Shown in pieces: positions 52,647 to 61,458 of a DNA stretch of 64,000 bases. The DNA lies in the NCBI GenBank assembly GCA_020697715.1, contig JAEHCO010000004.1, positions 32,001 through 96,000 on the forward strand. The letters run 5' to 3'. Both the position numbers and the translations under genes were made by a program. How positions within the stretch are numbered: the stretch's first letter is position 1; every line of letters starts with the position of its first letter. Origin of the DNA: Methanobacteriota archaeon. GTDB lineage: Archaea; Thermoplasmatota; Thermoplasmata; SG8-5; JAGLSY01. The notes under the pieces were generated by a model, which saw nothing but the letters and a program-made list of their open reading frames with translations, did not search any database and had not been told where the DNA came from.

Positions 52647-55493
52647 CCTGGAGAAACTGAGAACGACAATTGCAATTATCACCACGGTCGATATCATCAG
52701 GATACCAAGGAACCAGCCAACATCCTGCGAGTCTATGTCCGAAGAGGAGCTATCGGTATCAGTCCCATCAGTGTCATCTGTTCCATCTGTATTGTTGACA
52801 TCTGTCGTATTGTCAAGTGGTGGTTCACCAATGATATCACCGATAATATTGCCATTGATGACATCCAGCCATATCGATTGAGTGCCGTTCTGATATCCTA
52901 GCATTGTCGCTTTGGCGACCACCACCACGATCTCATCCTCTTCAATATCCATATTCGCAGACAATCTGGCAACTGCCTCGCCTTGATCATTCGTGACATT
53001 ATCTATCTGAGTGATATTCGCACCTTCGGGAATGGTCTCAAAGGATACTGCACAGTTCTTCACTGGCACATCCTTATTATCCCTGGCAGTCACTGTGATA
53101 TAGGTTATTCCTTCCTGGCCCTGCGTATCAACATCCTCGATGACATCGGGATCCAGCTCCATTTCCAGGTTCAGGAAGGGCGTTATTGTCTTGTATATCC
53201 CGACAATGTGAACTCGCGACCTGGCATCATCATAACCTTCCTTGCTGGCAGTGCTTATCTCGATGAAGGAAAATAGACCTTCATCGGCCAATGGATTATC
53301 TGGATCGACATGAGGAGCAGTGAATTTCAATTTCACCTTCCCATAGGCATCGGATGTGCAATTATACTGGTCCAGCGTCCCATTCGATACAGAGAATTGC
53401 ACTTCGGCCCCTTCAAGAGTAGCTCTGGTCAGTGTACCATCATCATTCTTCGTGATGGATGTCACAAGAACCTCCACATCCAGTTCTCCCTCGGAATACA
53501 TTGACAATGCAGTATTCACGAACCTTGCATTGATGTAGCTATTCGATGGTGGTCGGAGATTGATAATGGATCCCCAATTATAGATAGAACCCGATGATCC
53601 TGTCTGCCAGCCAGTGAATCTGTCTGCGCGGAAGACCTCGATGTTCGTTTTGAAATAAAGGACATCATAGGGCAGGTCATAAGCGATCGCAGCCTGGGCT
53701 TCCTTGATAAGCTCTTCCCTGTATGATTCATTATCTGTTATCCTTGCCTCGTAGATCAAATTATCAAATGTGATATTACGGTATCCGGGATAGTTATCTC
53801 CTATCTCGCCATTGCTGGAGTGGAAAAAGGAGTACATATAATCCATTGGCTGAGCACCAATCCTCCATCCTAGAATGTACATATCAAAATCTCTGGCGTC
53901 TATACGGTTCACGATCGTCCCAAAATCCAAAGCGATATGCTCCGCATAAAGGCCGATATCCTGCATCTGACGTGCGATCATCAGTCCAGCGTGACACCTG
54001 ATAGGATCATAATCCATTGGTGGAGTTAGGATCTCGATCAGACCGCCTTCACCATTACCGATCGGAGAGCCATCCGGATTGAGCCACCAGTTGTCCACTC
54101 CAGGTTCTGCTCCTGGATCGGTCAGCTTATAGCCTGCATTTGCAAGTATGTTCTTTGCCTCCTCAGGATCAAAGGCATATTTTTGTATTGAAATATTGTA
54201 CATCGGATCCAGATTGCTCAATATGCCATCACCAGGTATGCCGAAATTCTGAAGAAGTCTCTGAACAATGGTCTGCTTGTCTATACAGTGAGCTATTGTC
54301 TTCCTCAGAGGCTTGCCAACATCGGTTCCATTCTCATCATAACCGAAGGATCGTCTTGATGGCCTCATATTATATGCCATGTAGAAAAAACCTCTCTCAG
54401 CAGATTGCTTCACACCAAGGGCTGGATCATTAGCAATCTCATGAATGAAGGTCGGCGGGATAGACCATGCAATATAATCTATTTCATTATTCTTAAGAGC
54501 CAGAACTGCCTGCTCAGCTGTTCTGTATATCTTGAATTGAATGGCCTCGATGGTGGGTTGCTTTGCAATTTCATCCGGGTCGTACAGAGGGTTCCATCCA
54601 GGCTTGTAAAAATGATCTGTGTTCTTGATTATCTTAGAATTTGAGCCAACAGTCCATGAATCAAATTTGAACACACCACTACCGATGGGGCCCGGGTTGT
54701 CCCAGGCCATGGCCTTTGAGGAGTTCCATGCATTCGGACCTCCCTTGACATACCCGTCATCACACCATATGAGCATATCATTAGAGGCCTGGCCAGAGAC
54801 CGTCGTGCCCCATATGTGATAAGGCAGAAGGAAAGTGGACAATGTATTCTTGAAGAAATCTATGAAGGGCACCTGCAGCTCGAACTTTAGTGCGGCTTGC
54901 AATCCATCCGCACTCTCGTACACCTTCTGTATGTGCAGATAATGCGTGTCTGTGAAATTAGAGCCAGGTTCTCCACCCTCATCCATCAGACATTTGATAC
55001 CAGATACCCAATGAGGCATCTGTGACTGCACATAATGAGAGAACATGACATCGCGGATGTCCATCTGTTCCCCATCATGCCATGTCACTCCAGTAAAATC
55101 ATAGAATATAGTGGCTTCAGGTCTTTCTGAATTGTTCCACGTGCCCTGTGGAGAATAGTCGAAAATGCCTATCGTGCAATCTTCCCAGGCCATAGAACCC
55201 TGGCTTGCGGTTCCATTGGCAGAGCCAACTGCAATGTAAGGGATCAGTTCATCGGTCTCAGGATCCGTGATCATGGGGCTTTCATAAAGATATCCAACTA
55301 AATTCCATGTCCAGACATCCCCTGCGACAAGCGGGTTGAGGGTCCTGACATCATCCTGCATAGCCACGCGCAGGGTGTATGTATCATCCTCAGCCACAGG
55401 CACCTGGCCAGTTGTCAAGCTGATAGATGAAGCTAACAGAACAATGCATACTAACATTGAGATCAAACTCGTCTTACTTCCCACATTTCTCAT
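52635..55493 (-). CDS. Family 5 (peptide/nickel) ABC substrate-binding protein with C-terminal Ig-like domains and TM anchor
   Basis: TLNPL, VTWHDGE, PIGSGVFKF, LRKTIAHCIDK, NYPGYRN; TSDAYG / TNDQGEA Ig-like repeats. Confidence 0.85.
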   Translation of the reverse strand: MRNVGSKTSLISMLVCIVLLASSISLTTGQVPVAEDDTYTLRVAMQDDVRTLNPLVAGDVWTWNLVGYLYESPMITDPETDELIPYIAVGSANGTASQGSMAWEDCTIGIFDYSPQGTWNNSERPEATIFYDFTGVTWHDGEQMDIRDVMFSHYVQSQMPHWVSGIKCLMDEGGEPGSNFTDTHYLHIQKVYESADGLQAALKFELQVPFIDFFKNTLSTFLLPYHIWGTTVSGQASNDMLIWCDDGYVKGGPNAWNSSKAMAWDNPGPIGSGVFKFDSWTVGSNSKIIKNTDHFYKPGWNPLYDPDEIAKQPTIEAIQFKIYRTAEQAVLALKNNEIDYIAWSIPPTFIHEIANDPALGVKQSAERGFFYMAYNMRPSRRSFGYDENGTDVGKPLRKTIAHCIDKQTIVQRLLQNFGIPGDGILSNLDPMYNISIQKYAFDPEEAKNILANAGYKLTDPGAEPGVDNWWLNPDGSPIGNGEGGLIEILTPPMDYDPIRCHAGLMIARQMQDIGLYAEHIALDFGTIVNRIDARDFDMYILGWRIGAQPMDYMYSFFHSSNGEIGDNYPGYRNITFDNLIYEARITDNESYREELIKEAQAAIAYDLPYDVLYFKTNIEVFRADRFTGWQTGSSGSIYNWGSIINLRPPSNSYINARFVNTALSMYSEGELDVEVLVTSITKNDDGTLTRATLEGAEVQFSVSNGTLDQYNCTSDAYGKVKLKFTAPHVDPDNPLADEGLFSFIEISTASKEGYDDARSRVHIVGIYKTITPFLNLEMELDPDVIEDVDTQGQEGITYITVTARDNKDVPVKNCAVSFETIPEGANITQIDNVTNDQGEAVARLSANMDIEEDEIVVVVAKATMLGYQNGTQSIWLDVINGNIIGDIIGEPPLDNTTDVNNTDGTDDTDGTDTDSSSSDIDSQDVGWFLGILMISTVVIIAIVVLSFSRSER

Positions 55494-55585
55494 AATTCCT
55501 AAAACCCTTTCGGGTTATAAAGGGTTGTTGGTACGGGCTTTTGTATAATATATAAAGAAGTTGGTACGGAGGTTTGTGAAAGGGT

Positions 55586-56146
55586 TTACGGTTTGAATTT
55601 TATCACGCACCGCTCATCGCCCTTGCCAACACACTCAGTCTCCTCTCCCTTGTAGGGGCGACCATGCATCTCGCTGAGAAAACCTTCCAGGTATCCTAAG
55701 AAATAAGAATCGATGGCCCAGGGGCTGGCCTTGCCTTTATTCTTGTGGCACCTACCAACTGGGAAACCCTTTTCGCATGTGAATGTAATAACATCGCCCA
55801 CGGTCTCCATAAACATTTCACCCCAACCGATGGCCATCGTCTCGGATACAAGATATTTGTAGATATTATCATGATTCTGTAGCCTCTCCACCTGTCCCTG
55901 CTCCTTCATCATCTTGTAAAAATTGATGCCATAGGGTTTTCCGATCCGCTTTAGAACACCCAATGCGGATTCGGACATGAGGCTTTCCAGTTCCGAGTAT
56001 ATGTGGTAGAGAAGCTCCGCACGTGCCCAAATTATCGGCACGTCGTCATACTTCAACTCACCAGTGCTAAAATCCACACTGGTGCTTCTCTTGTACTTTT
56101 CCAGTACACTGGTCACATATTCCACGGATGGCTCTATCCTCATCAT
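55586..56146 (-). CDS. V4R-domain protein
   Basis: GWG, GYLEGF, ETECVGKGDERC.IKF. Confidence 0.8.
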   Translation of the reverse strand: MMRIEPSVEYVTSVLEKYKRSTSVDFSTGELKYDDVPIIWARAELLYHIYSELESLMSESALGVLKRIGKPYGINFYKMMKEQGQVERLQNHDNIYKYLVSETMAIGWGEMFMETVGDVITFTCEKGFPVGRCHKNKGKASPWAIDSYFLGYLEGFLSEMHGRPYKGEETECVGKGDERCVIKFKP

Positions 56147-56172
56147 TAACTCCTATGGTCCAACTAATTTAT

Positions 56173-57003
56173 CTATTTTTCCTTGAAATCAGCTGGTCTT
56201 TTCTCGACAAAGGCCTTCATTCCTTCTTTTTGATCCTCAGTGGCAAAGAGATTGGCAAATGTGCTGGCTTCGACCTTCAATCCTGCCGCGAGGCTCAGAT
56301 CAAGACCTGTGTCGATAGAGGTCTTGGCAACCTGTACCGCGAGCGGACCTTTGGCCGCTATCTTGGCAGCCATTTCCTTTGCCGCAGCCACAACTGGCTC
56401 ATTGTCCTGGATCGGCTTGCCCTTCTCATTGAGCACTTTATCACCGTTCTCGTCAACCTTGAAACCTGGCACAACTGCCTGAACAAGACCGATATCACAG
56501 GCGGTCTTGGCATTGATCATGTCACCAGTGAAGACAAGCTCCTTGGCCTTGCCCGGTCCAATTAAACGGGCAAGTCTCTGAGTTCCTCCGAATCCTGGAA
56601 TGACACCCAGGCCTACCTCTGGCAGACCCATTTTGGCAGCCTCGGATGCGATCCTTATATCACAGCAAATAGCCAGTTCGGTTCCGCCTCCAAGTGCGAA
56701 ACCATTGACAGCCGCAATTACGGGCACTTTCAATGCCTGGATCCTATCGAATGCACCTTGGCCAGCCTCTGCAAATTTGGCGGCTTGTTCCGGGTTCATG
56801 TCCATCATCTCGCTGATGTCCGCTCCTGCGACAAATGCCCTTCCTTCTCCTGTGATTATGACAGCAGCCAGTCCTTGCTCTGCCTCTATTTTTTGAATGG
56901 CTTGGTAAAGCTCATGCAAGACCTGCGTGTTGAGAACATTCATTGGCGGATTGTTCATCTTGATCATACCGACATTTCCATCTCTTGTGTATTCAACAGC
57001 CAT
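56173..57003 (-). CDS. crt: Enoyl-CoA hydratase (crotonase)
   Basis: AFVAGADI, NGFALGGGTEL, PEVGLGVIPGFGGTQRL. Confidence 0.92.
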   Translation of the reverse strand: MAVEYTRDGNVGMIKMNNPPMNVLNTQVLHELYQAIQKIEAEQGLAAVIITGEGRAFVAGADISEMMDMNPEQAAKFAEAGQGAFDRIQALKVPVIAAVNGFALGGGTELAICCDIRIASEAAKMGLPEVGLGVIPGFGGTQRLARLIGPGKAKELVFTGDMINAKTACDIGLVQAVVPGFKVDENGDKVLNEKGKPIQDNEPVVAAAKEMAAKIAAKGPLAVQVAKTSIDTGLDLSLAAGLKVEASTFANLFATEDQKEGMKAFVEKRPADFKEK

Positions 57004-57007
57004 TTTC

Positions 57008-57862
57008 TCACCTCGAATAATCGTAGAATCCGCGACCGGATTTTCTTCCCATGAGTCCAGCATCCACCATCTTCACGAGCAGTGGGCATGGTCTGTATTT
57101 GGAATCTCCAAGACCTTCATGCAGAACTTCCATGATGTGCAGGCAGGTATCCAGACCTATCAGATCGGCCAATGCCAGTGGTCCCATCGGGTGGTTCATT
57201 CCCAGCTTCATTATCTGGTCGATGTTCTCTGGCTCTCCAACTCCTTCCATCACACAGTACATTGCCTCGTTCAGCATTGGCAAAAGTAGGCGGTTAGCCA
57301 CAAAGCCAGGGTAATCATTGCACTCCACAGGTATCTTGCCCATCTTCTCACTTGCCTGGGTAATTGCCTGTGCAGTCTCATCATCTGTAAGGATACCACG
57401 AATGACCTCGACCAGCTTCATTAATGGAACTGGGTTCATGAAATGCATTCCGATAAATTTCTGTGGGCGGCTTGTGCAAGCTGCCAATTTTGTAATGGAT
57501 ATGGATGATGTATTGCTGGCCAATATAGCATGTGGCGGGCAGATACCATCCAATGTTTTGAATATCTGGCTCTTCAATCCGAAATCCTCTATGATGGCTT
57601 CGACAACCAGGTCGACATCCGACATATCCTTAAGATCGAGGGTGGTCTTTATCCTGGCCAGTGCGCCGTCCATTACAGACTGCTCCATCTTGCCCTTCTC
57701 CACACCCTTTGCCATGGACTTGTTTATGGTCGCCATTCCGCGATCCACAAATTCCTGCTTGATATCATTCAATACAACTTCATATCCTGCGATCGCAGCG
57801 ACCTGGGCGATACCTGCGCCCATCTGGCCAGCTCCGATGACTCCTATCTTCTTTATTTCCAA
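57008..57862 (-). CDS. hbd: 3-hydroxybutyryl-CoA dehydrogenase
   Basis: GAGQMG, VEAIIE, SNTSS, GMHFMNP, GFVANR, HPMGPL. Confidence 0.94.
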   Translation of the reverse strand: MEIKKIGVIGAGQMGAGIAQVAAIAGYEVVLNDIKQEFVDRGMATINKSMAKGVEKGKMEQSVMDGALARIKTTLDLKDMSDVDLVVEAIIEDFGLKSQIFKTLDGICPPHAILASNTSSISITKLAACTSRPQKFIGMHFMNPVPLMKLVEVIRGILTDDETAQAITQASEKMGKIPVECNDYPGFVANRLLLPMLNEAMYCVMEGVGEPENIDQIMKLGMNHPMGPLALADLIGLDTCLHIMEVLHEGLGDSKYRPCPLLVKMVDAGLMGRKSGRGFYDYSR

Positions 57863-57912
57863 TTATATCCCTCCAATTATATATTATAAGTTTAATTATA
57901 TATTATCCTTCA

Positions 57913-59091
57913 TTATCTCTCCAGTACCATCGTGACTGCATTTCCACCGCCAAGACAGATGGTGGCCAAACCGCGCTTGGCATCCCTGTCCTTCATGGCA
58001 TATACCATGGTCGTCAGAACTCGTGTACCACTGGCTCCAATTGGATGACCCAGTGCGACCGCACCTCCGTGAACATTGAACTTGTCCAGAGGTATGTCCA
58101 GTTCCTTCACAACAGCGCAAGAAGCAGATGCAAAGGCCTCATTGTGTTCCCAGATATCGATGTCATTGACACCAAGTCCAGCCTTTTCCATCACATACCT
58201 TGTTGCTGGTATCGGAGCTTCCATCACAAGCTCCGGAATGAGACCTCTTGTTCCATAGTCCCGGATGGTTGCCAGTGGTTTTATTCCCTTCTCATCAGCA
58301 TAATCCTTGCTCATGATCACCATGGCAGATCCGCCATCACTTATCTGTGATGCATTTCCAGCGGTTACGAGGCCATCCTTTCTGAAAGCTGGCCTTAGTC
58401 GAGCCAAAGATTCCATGGTTGTCTCGGCTCTCACACCCTCATCAGTATCGAAGATGATGGGGTCGCCCTTTCTCTGCGGTATCTCAACTGGTATGATCTC
58501 ATCTTTGAACTTGCCAGCTGCTATCGCAGCAGCTGCCTTTTGATTACTGGCCATCGCCATCTCATCCGCATCTTCACGTGTGACATTGAATTTCTCTGCA
58601 ACTATCTCGCCAGTATTTCCCATATGATAGTTATTGTAGATATCCCACAGGCCATCATTGACCATGGAATCCACGATCTTGTCATCGCCAAGGCGGTATC
58701 CGTTCCTTGCTTTGTACAATAGATATGGAGCCATATCCATGTTCTCCATGCCACCTGCGACTATGGCCTTGGCATCTCCAGCCTTAATGGCCTGTGCAGC
58801 CAGAACGACAGCTTTCATTCCAGATCCACACACTTTATTGACGGTGAATGCGCCGATCTCGACGGGCATTTCAGCGGCAATCATAGCCTGCCTGGCCGGA
58901 TTCTGGCCAAGGCCTGCACCGACCACATTGCCCATTATCACTTCATCAATGTCGGTTTTTTCAAGCCCTGAGCGAGTCACTGCATCCCTTATGCAAATAC
59001 CACCAAGCTCTGGTGCTCTGATGTTCTTCAACGATCCTCCGAATTTGCCTATGGCGGTCCTGACCGCACTGGCTATAACAATATCTGTCAT
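57913..59091 (-). CDS. thlA: Acetyl-CoA C-acetyltransferase (thiolase)
   Basis: [26 protein letters not shown]. Confidence 0.94.
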   Translation of the reverse strand: MTDIVIASAVRTAIGKFGGSLKNIRAPELGGICIRDAVTRSGLEKTDIDEVIMGNVVGAGLGQNPARQAMIAAEMPVEIGAFTVNKVCGSGMKAVVLAAQAIKAGDAKAIVAGGMENMDMAPYLLYKARNGYRLGDDKIVDSMVNDGLWDIYNNYHMGNTGEIVAEKFNVTREDADEMAMASNQKAAAAIAAGKFKDEIIPVEIPQRKGDPIIFDTDEGVRAETTMESLARLRPAFRKDGLVTAGNASQISDGGSAMVIMSKDYADEKGIKPLATIRDYGTRGLIPELVMEAPIPATRYVMEKAGLGVNDIDIWEHNEAFASASCAVVKELDIPLDKFNVHGGAVALGHPIGASGTRVLTTMVYAMKDRDAKRGLATICLGGGNAVTMVLER

Positions 59092-59363
59092 TTACTCCCT
59101 CCTTTCTCGAATCATTCCCAAGCCATAGGTATTGGATCGGGGGTAATTCTATAGATAGTCATTACAGATAACTGGAAAATATATAATGATTATGCGAACA
59201 TTATAAAGAATAATTGGCGCAAACGATACTTTGCGCTCTCTGTATTATTATGTTAGATATATATAATTGATTTTAATATAATATTAATTAATAAAATGAC
59301 CAAAATAATAGAAACATTTATATTCTCTGATTTATATATAGGTGTTGCTCGTAAGAGTATGGA

Positions 59364-59675
59364 ATGGGATGCCATATGTGTAAATATTATTATCGCGGAG
59401 GACTGTGTGCTAACAGCTCGATCCAGAGCCCACTTTGCATGGGCGAGGGTTCTTGCCCCACCAATGACGGGGCCAAGATGAAAGAGTTTGAACTACCGAA
59501 TACAATGGTTTTAGATGAAGGATCTAAAAGTGATACGGAAAAATGGCTCGGACTCTATTGCAGCACATACAAGAGATTTCACTGCACTGGTGAAGGCGAA
59601 TGCCTCACAGGCAATTGCGCCAATGCGGATGAATACATGAGACACCTGGCAGTACGCAAGGGTGGTATGGCATGA
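59364..59675 (+). CDS. Cys-rich microprotein 1 (9 Cys in 103 aa)
   Basis: TATA-like TTTATATA upstream; CMGEGSC and CTGEGEC repeats. Confidence 0.6.
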   Translation: MGCHMCKYYYRGGLCANSSIQSPLCMGEGSCPTNDGAKMKEFELPNTMVLDEGSKSDTEKWLGLYCSTYKRFHCTGEGECLTGNCANADEYMRHLAVRKGGMA

Positions 59676-59905
59676 CCGAGATACAACACCACAGCCAGCA
59701 GATGACCATCGAATGTGATTATGTCGATAATGATGGAAGATGCGAGGGTCTTTACAAGGGTTTTGGATGTATCAAAGACAAGTGCCAGCAGCCTTCAAAG
59801 AGTAAACCCAATGCATGCACACATTTGCGACATGATGGATTCTGTCTCAAGCTTGGTAAACTTTCCTGCATAGGCGAAGAGAACTGTAATAGCTTCGACA
59901 TGTAA
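59672..59905 (+). CDS. Cys-rich microprotein 2 (8 Cys in 77 aa)
   Basis: ATGA overlap with the previous ORF, GGTGG SD, two Cys4 repeats, CIGEENC; hairpin GAGGGGCA/TGCCCCTC downstream. Confidence 0.6.
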   Translation: MTEIQHHSQQMTIECDYVDNDGRCEGLYKGFGCIKDKCQQPSKSKPNACTHLRHDGFCLKLGKLSCIGEENCNSFDM

Positions 59906-60008
59906 TATTGAATATGCTTTATTCATTTATTCGAGGGGCAGGGATGCCCCTCACTTACATTCATTTATTATCAATTATTATTATCAAAATTAATATCAAT
60001 TATTAATA

Positions 60009-61379
60009 TCAATTAGAGCTTATTTGATATCCACAATGCGGGCAGAAGTTCAGCTTCTCTGACATTTCCTTTTTACAGCTTGGACAGCTATGTGGTGTAT
60101 TGTCATCATCATCTTCGAATGACTCTCCGCATTTGCCGCATTTCACATCATCGACATAAGCATCAGCCCCACAGCTGGTGCAGGTGAAATCTGCTTTATC
60201 CTCACCCTCAATTGGCTCACCGCATTCCCTGCATTTCGTATCAGAATCATACACATCGGCTCCGCAACTGGAACATGTGAATTCGGCCTTTTCCTCAACA
60301 GGGTCAGCATCGACGATTATTATATCTTGATCATCATCAGATATTTCGACTTTTTCCTCATCATCATCATCAAAGGATTCACCACATTTAGGACATTTAT
60401 CGTCACTGTCCTTCACATCAGCCCCGCATTTCGTGCAGGAGAACATGGCATCCGGTGTTTTTGCCAGAGGTTTATCATCATCCACATCCAGGTTCCATTT
60501 GCTTCTCTGCTCCTTTGCCTTGTTCACCCACCAATAAAGTAAAACAACTATGAAGAAGAGCATACCAGTATTACAAAAGGTGTTCATCGCTCCTACACCA
60601 GCATATGTACCATAAAGGCTGGACTCTTCACCAACAAGAGGACCGCGAACAAAAGTGCTGTTTATGCTGTACACCTCATTTCCAGTCTCGAACACCATGC
60701 AATACCAGTGATGATAAATAGCATTCGTATCGATATCCACGATCGCCCGGAATTCCTTTCCATCCGAGTAATTAAGATCTGTAATATCAACAGGCCCCAT
60801 AGTGACCTCCTGTGAGTCCCACCATAGCTCTCTGGCATATGACACTCTTATGTCTGCAGGTTCCAGGTAAGCATCATCAGTAGATGGTGAATTGGAATAT
60901 ACCGTTACAAGGAAGGTATATGAATTAGTTCCAAGACCTTTATAGGGATCTACCGCGCCCTCTCCTATGGAATACCAATATGGAGAGTCAAGCGGAGAAT
61001 ATCTTCCATCTTCGCCCAGTTCTTCAGAAGAGCTATCATCCCAATCCCAAACCAATTCAGAATAGCCGTAGCCAGGCTCTTCCAGTTGATAGGTCTCATG
61101 AAGCACCACGACATAGACAACTGATCCAACTATCAGGAATATGGCTATGCCGAATACCATGAGATACTTGATGTCCCGTATCCCGAACACGAAGAAGATC
61201 GAAAAAGTGGAAATAACAGTGAGTATGAGTATCGCAAAGGGCGCTATGGCACTTTGACCCAGATCGGTCAGGAATACCAGGGAAAGTAGGAACATATCCA
61301 GCACAAGGGCTATTAAGACACCTATTGGCATGGAATATTTCATCTTACTGAATTTATCAAGCTGAGGTGGAAGCTCCAT
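60009..61379 (-). CDS. Membrane protein with an extracellular domain and four C-terminal zinc ribbons
   Basis: Three N-terminal TMs, one late TM, then 4x CxxC..CxxCG. Confidence 0.7.
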   Translation of the reverse strand: MELPPQLDKFSKMKYSMPIGVLIALVLDMFLLSLVFLTDLGQSAIAPFAILILTVISTFSIFFVFGIRDIKYLMVFGIAIFLIVGSVVYVVVLHETYQLEEPGYGYSELVWDWDDSSSEELGEDGRYSPLDSPYWYSIGEGAVDPYKGLGTNSYTFLVTVYSNSPSTDDAYLEPADIRVSYARELWWDSQEVTMGPVDITDLNYSDGKEFRAIVDIDTNAIYHHWYCMVFETGNEVYSINSTFVRGPLVGEESSLYGTYAGVGAMNTFCNTGMLFFIVVLLYWWVNKAKEQRSKWNLDVDDDKPLAKTPDAMFSCTKCGADVKDSDDKCPKCGESFDDDDEEKVEISDDDQDIIIVDADPVEEKAEFTCSSCGADVYDSDTKCRECGEPIEGEDKADFTCTSCGADAYVDDVKCGKCGESFEDDDDNTPHSCPSCKKEMSEKLNFCPHCGYQISSN

Positions 61380-61458
61380 AAGACCCTCGATACACTGCTT
61401 ATAGATAAGAATTATGGGTGATCTAGCATCATACTTACAAAGCACCGATCCAGAGACA

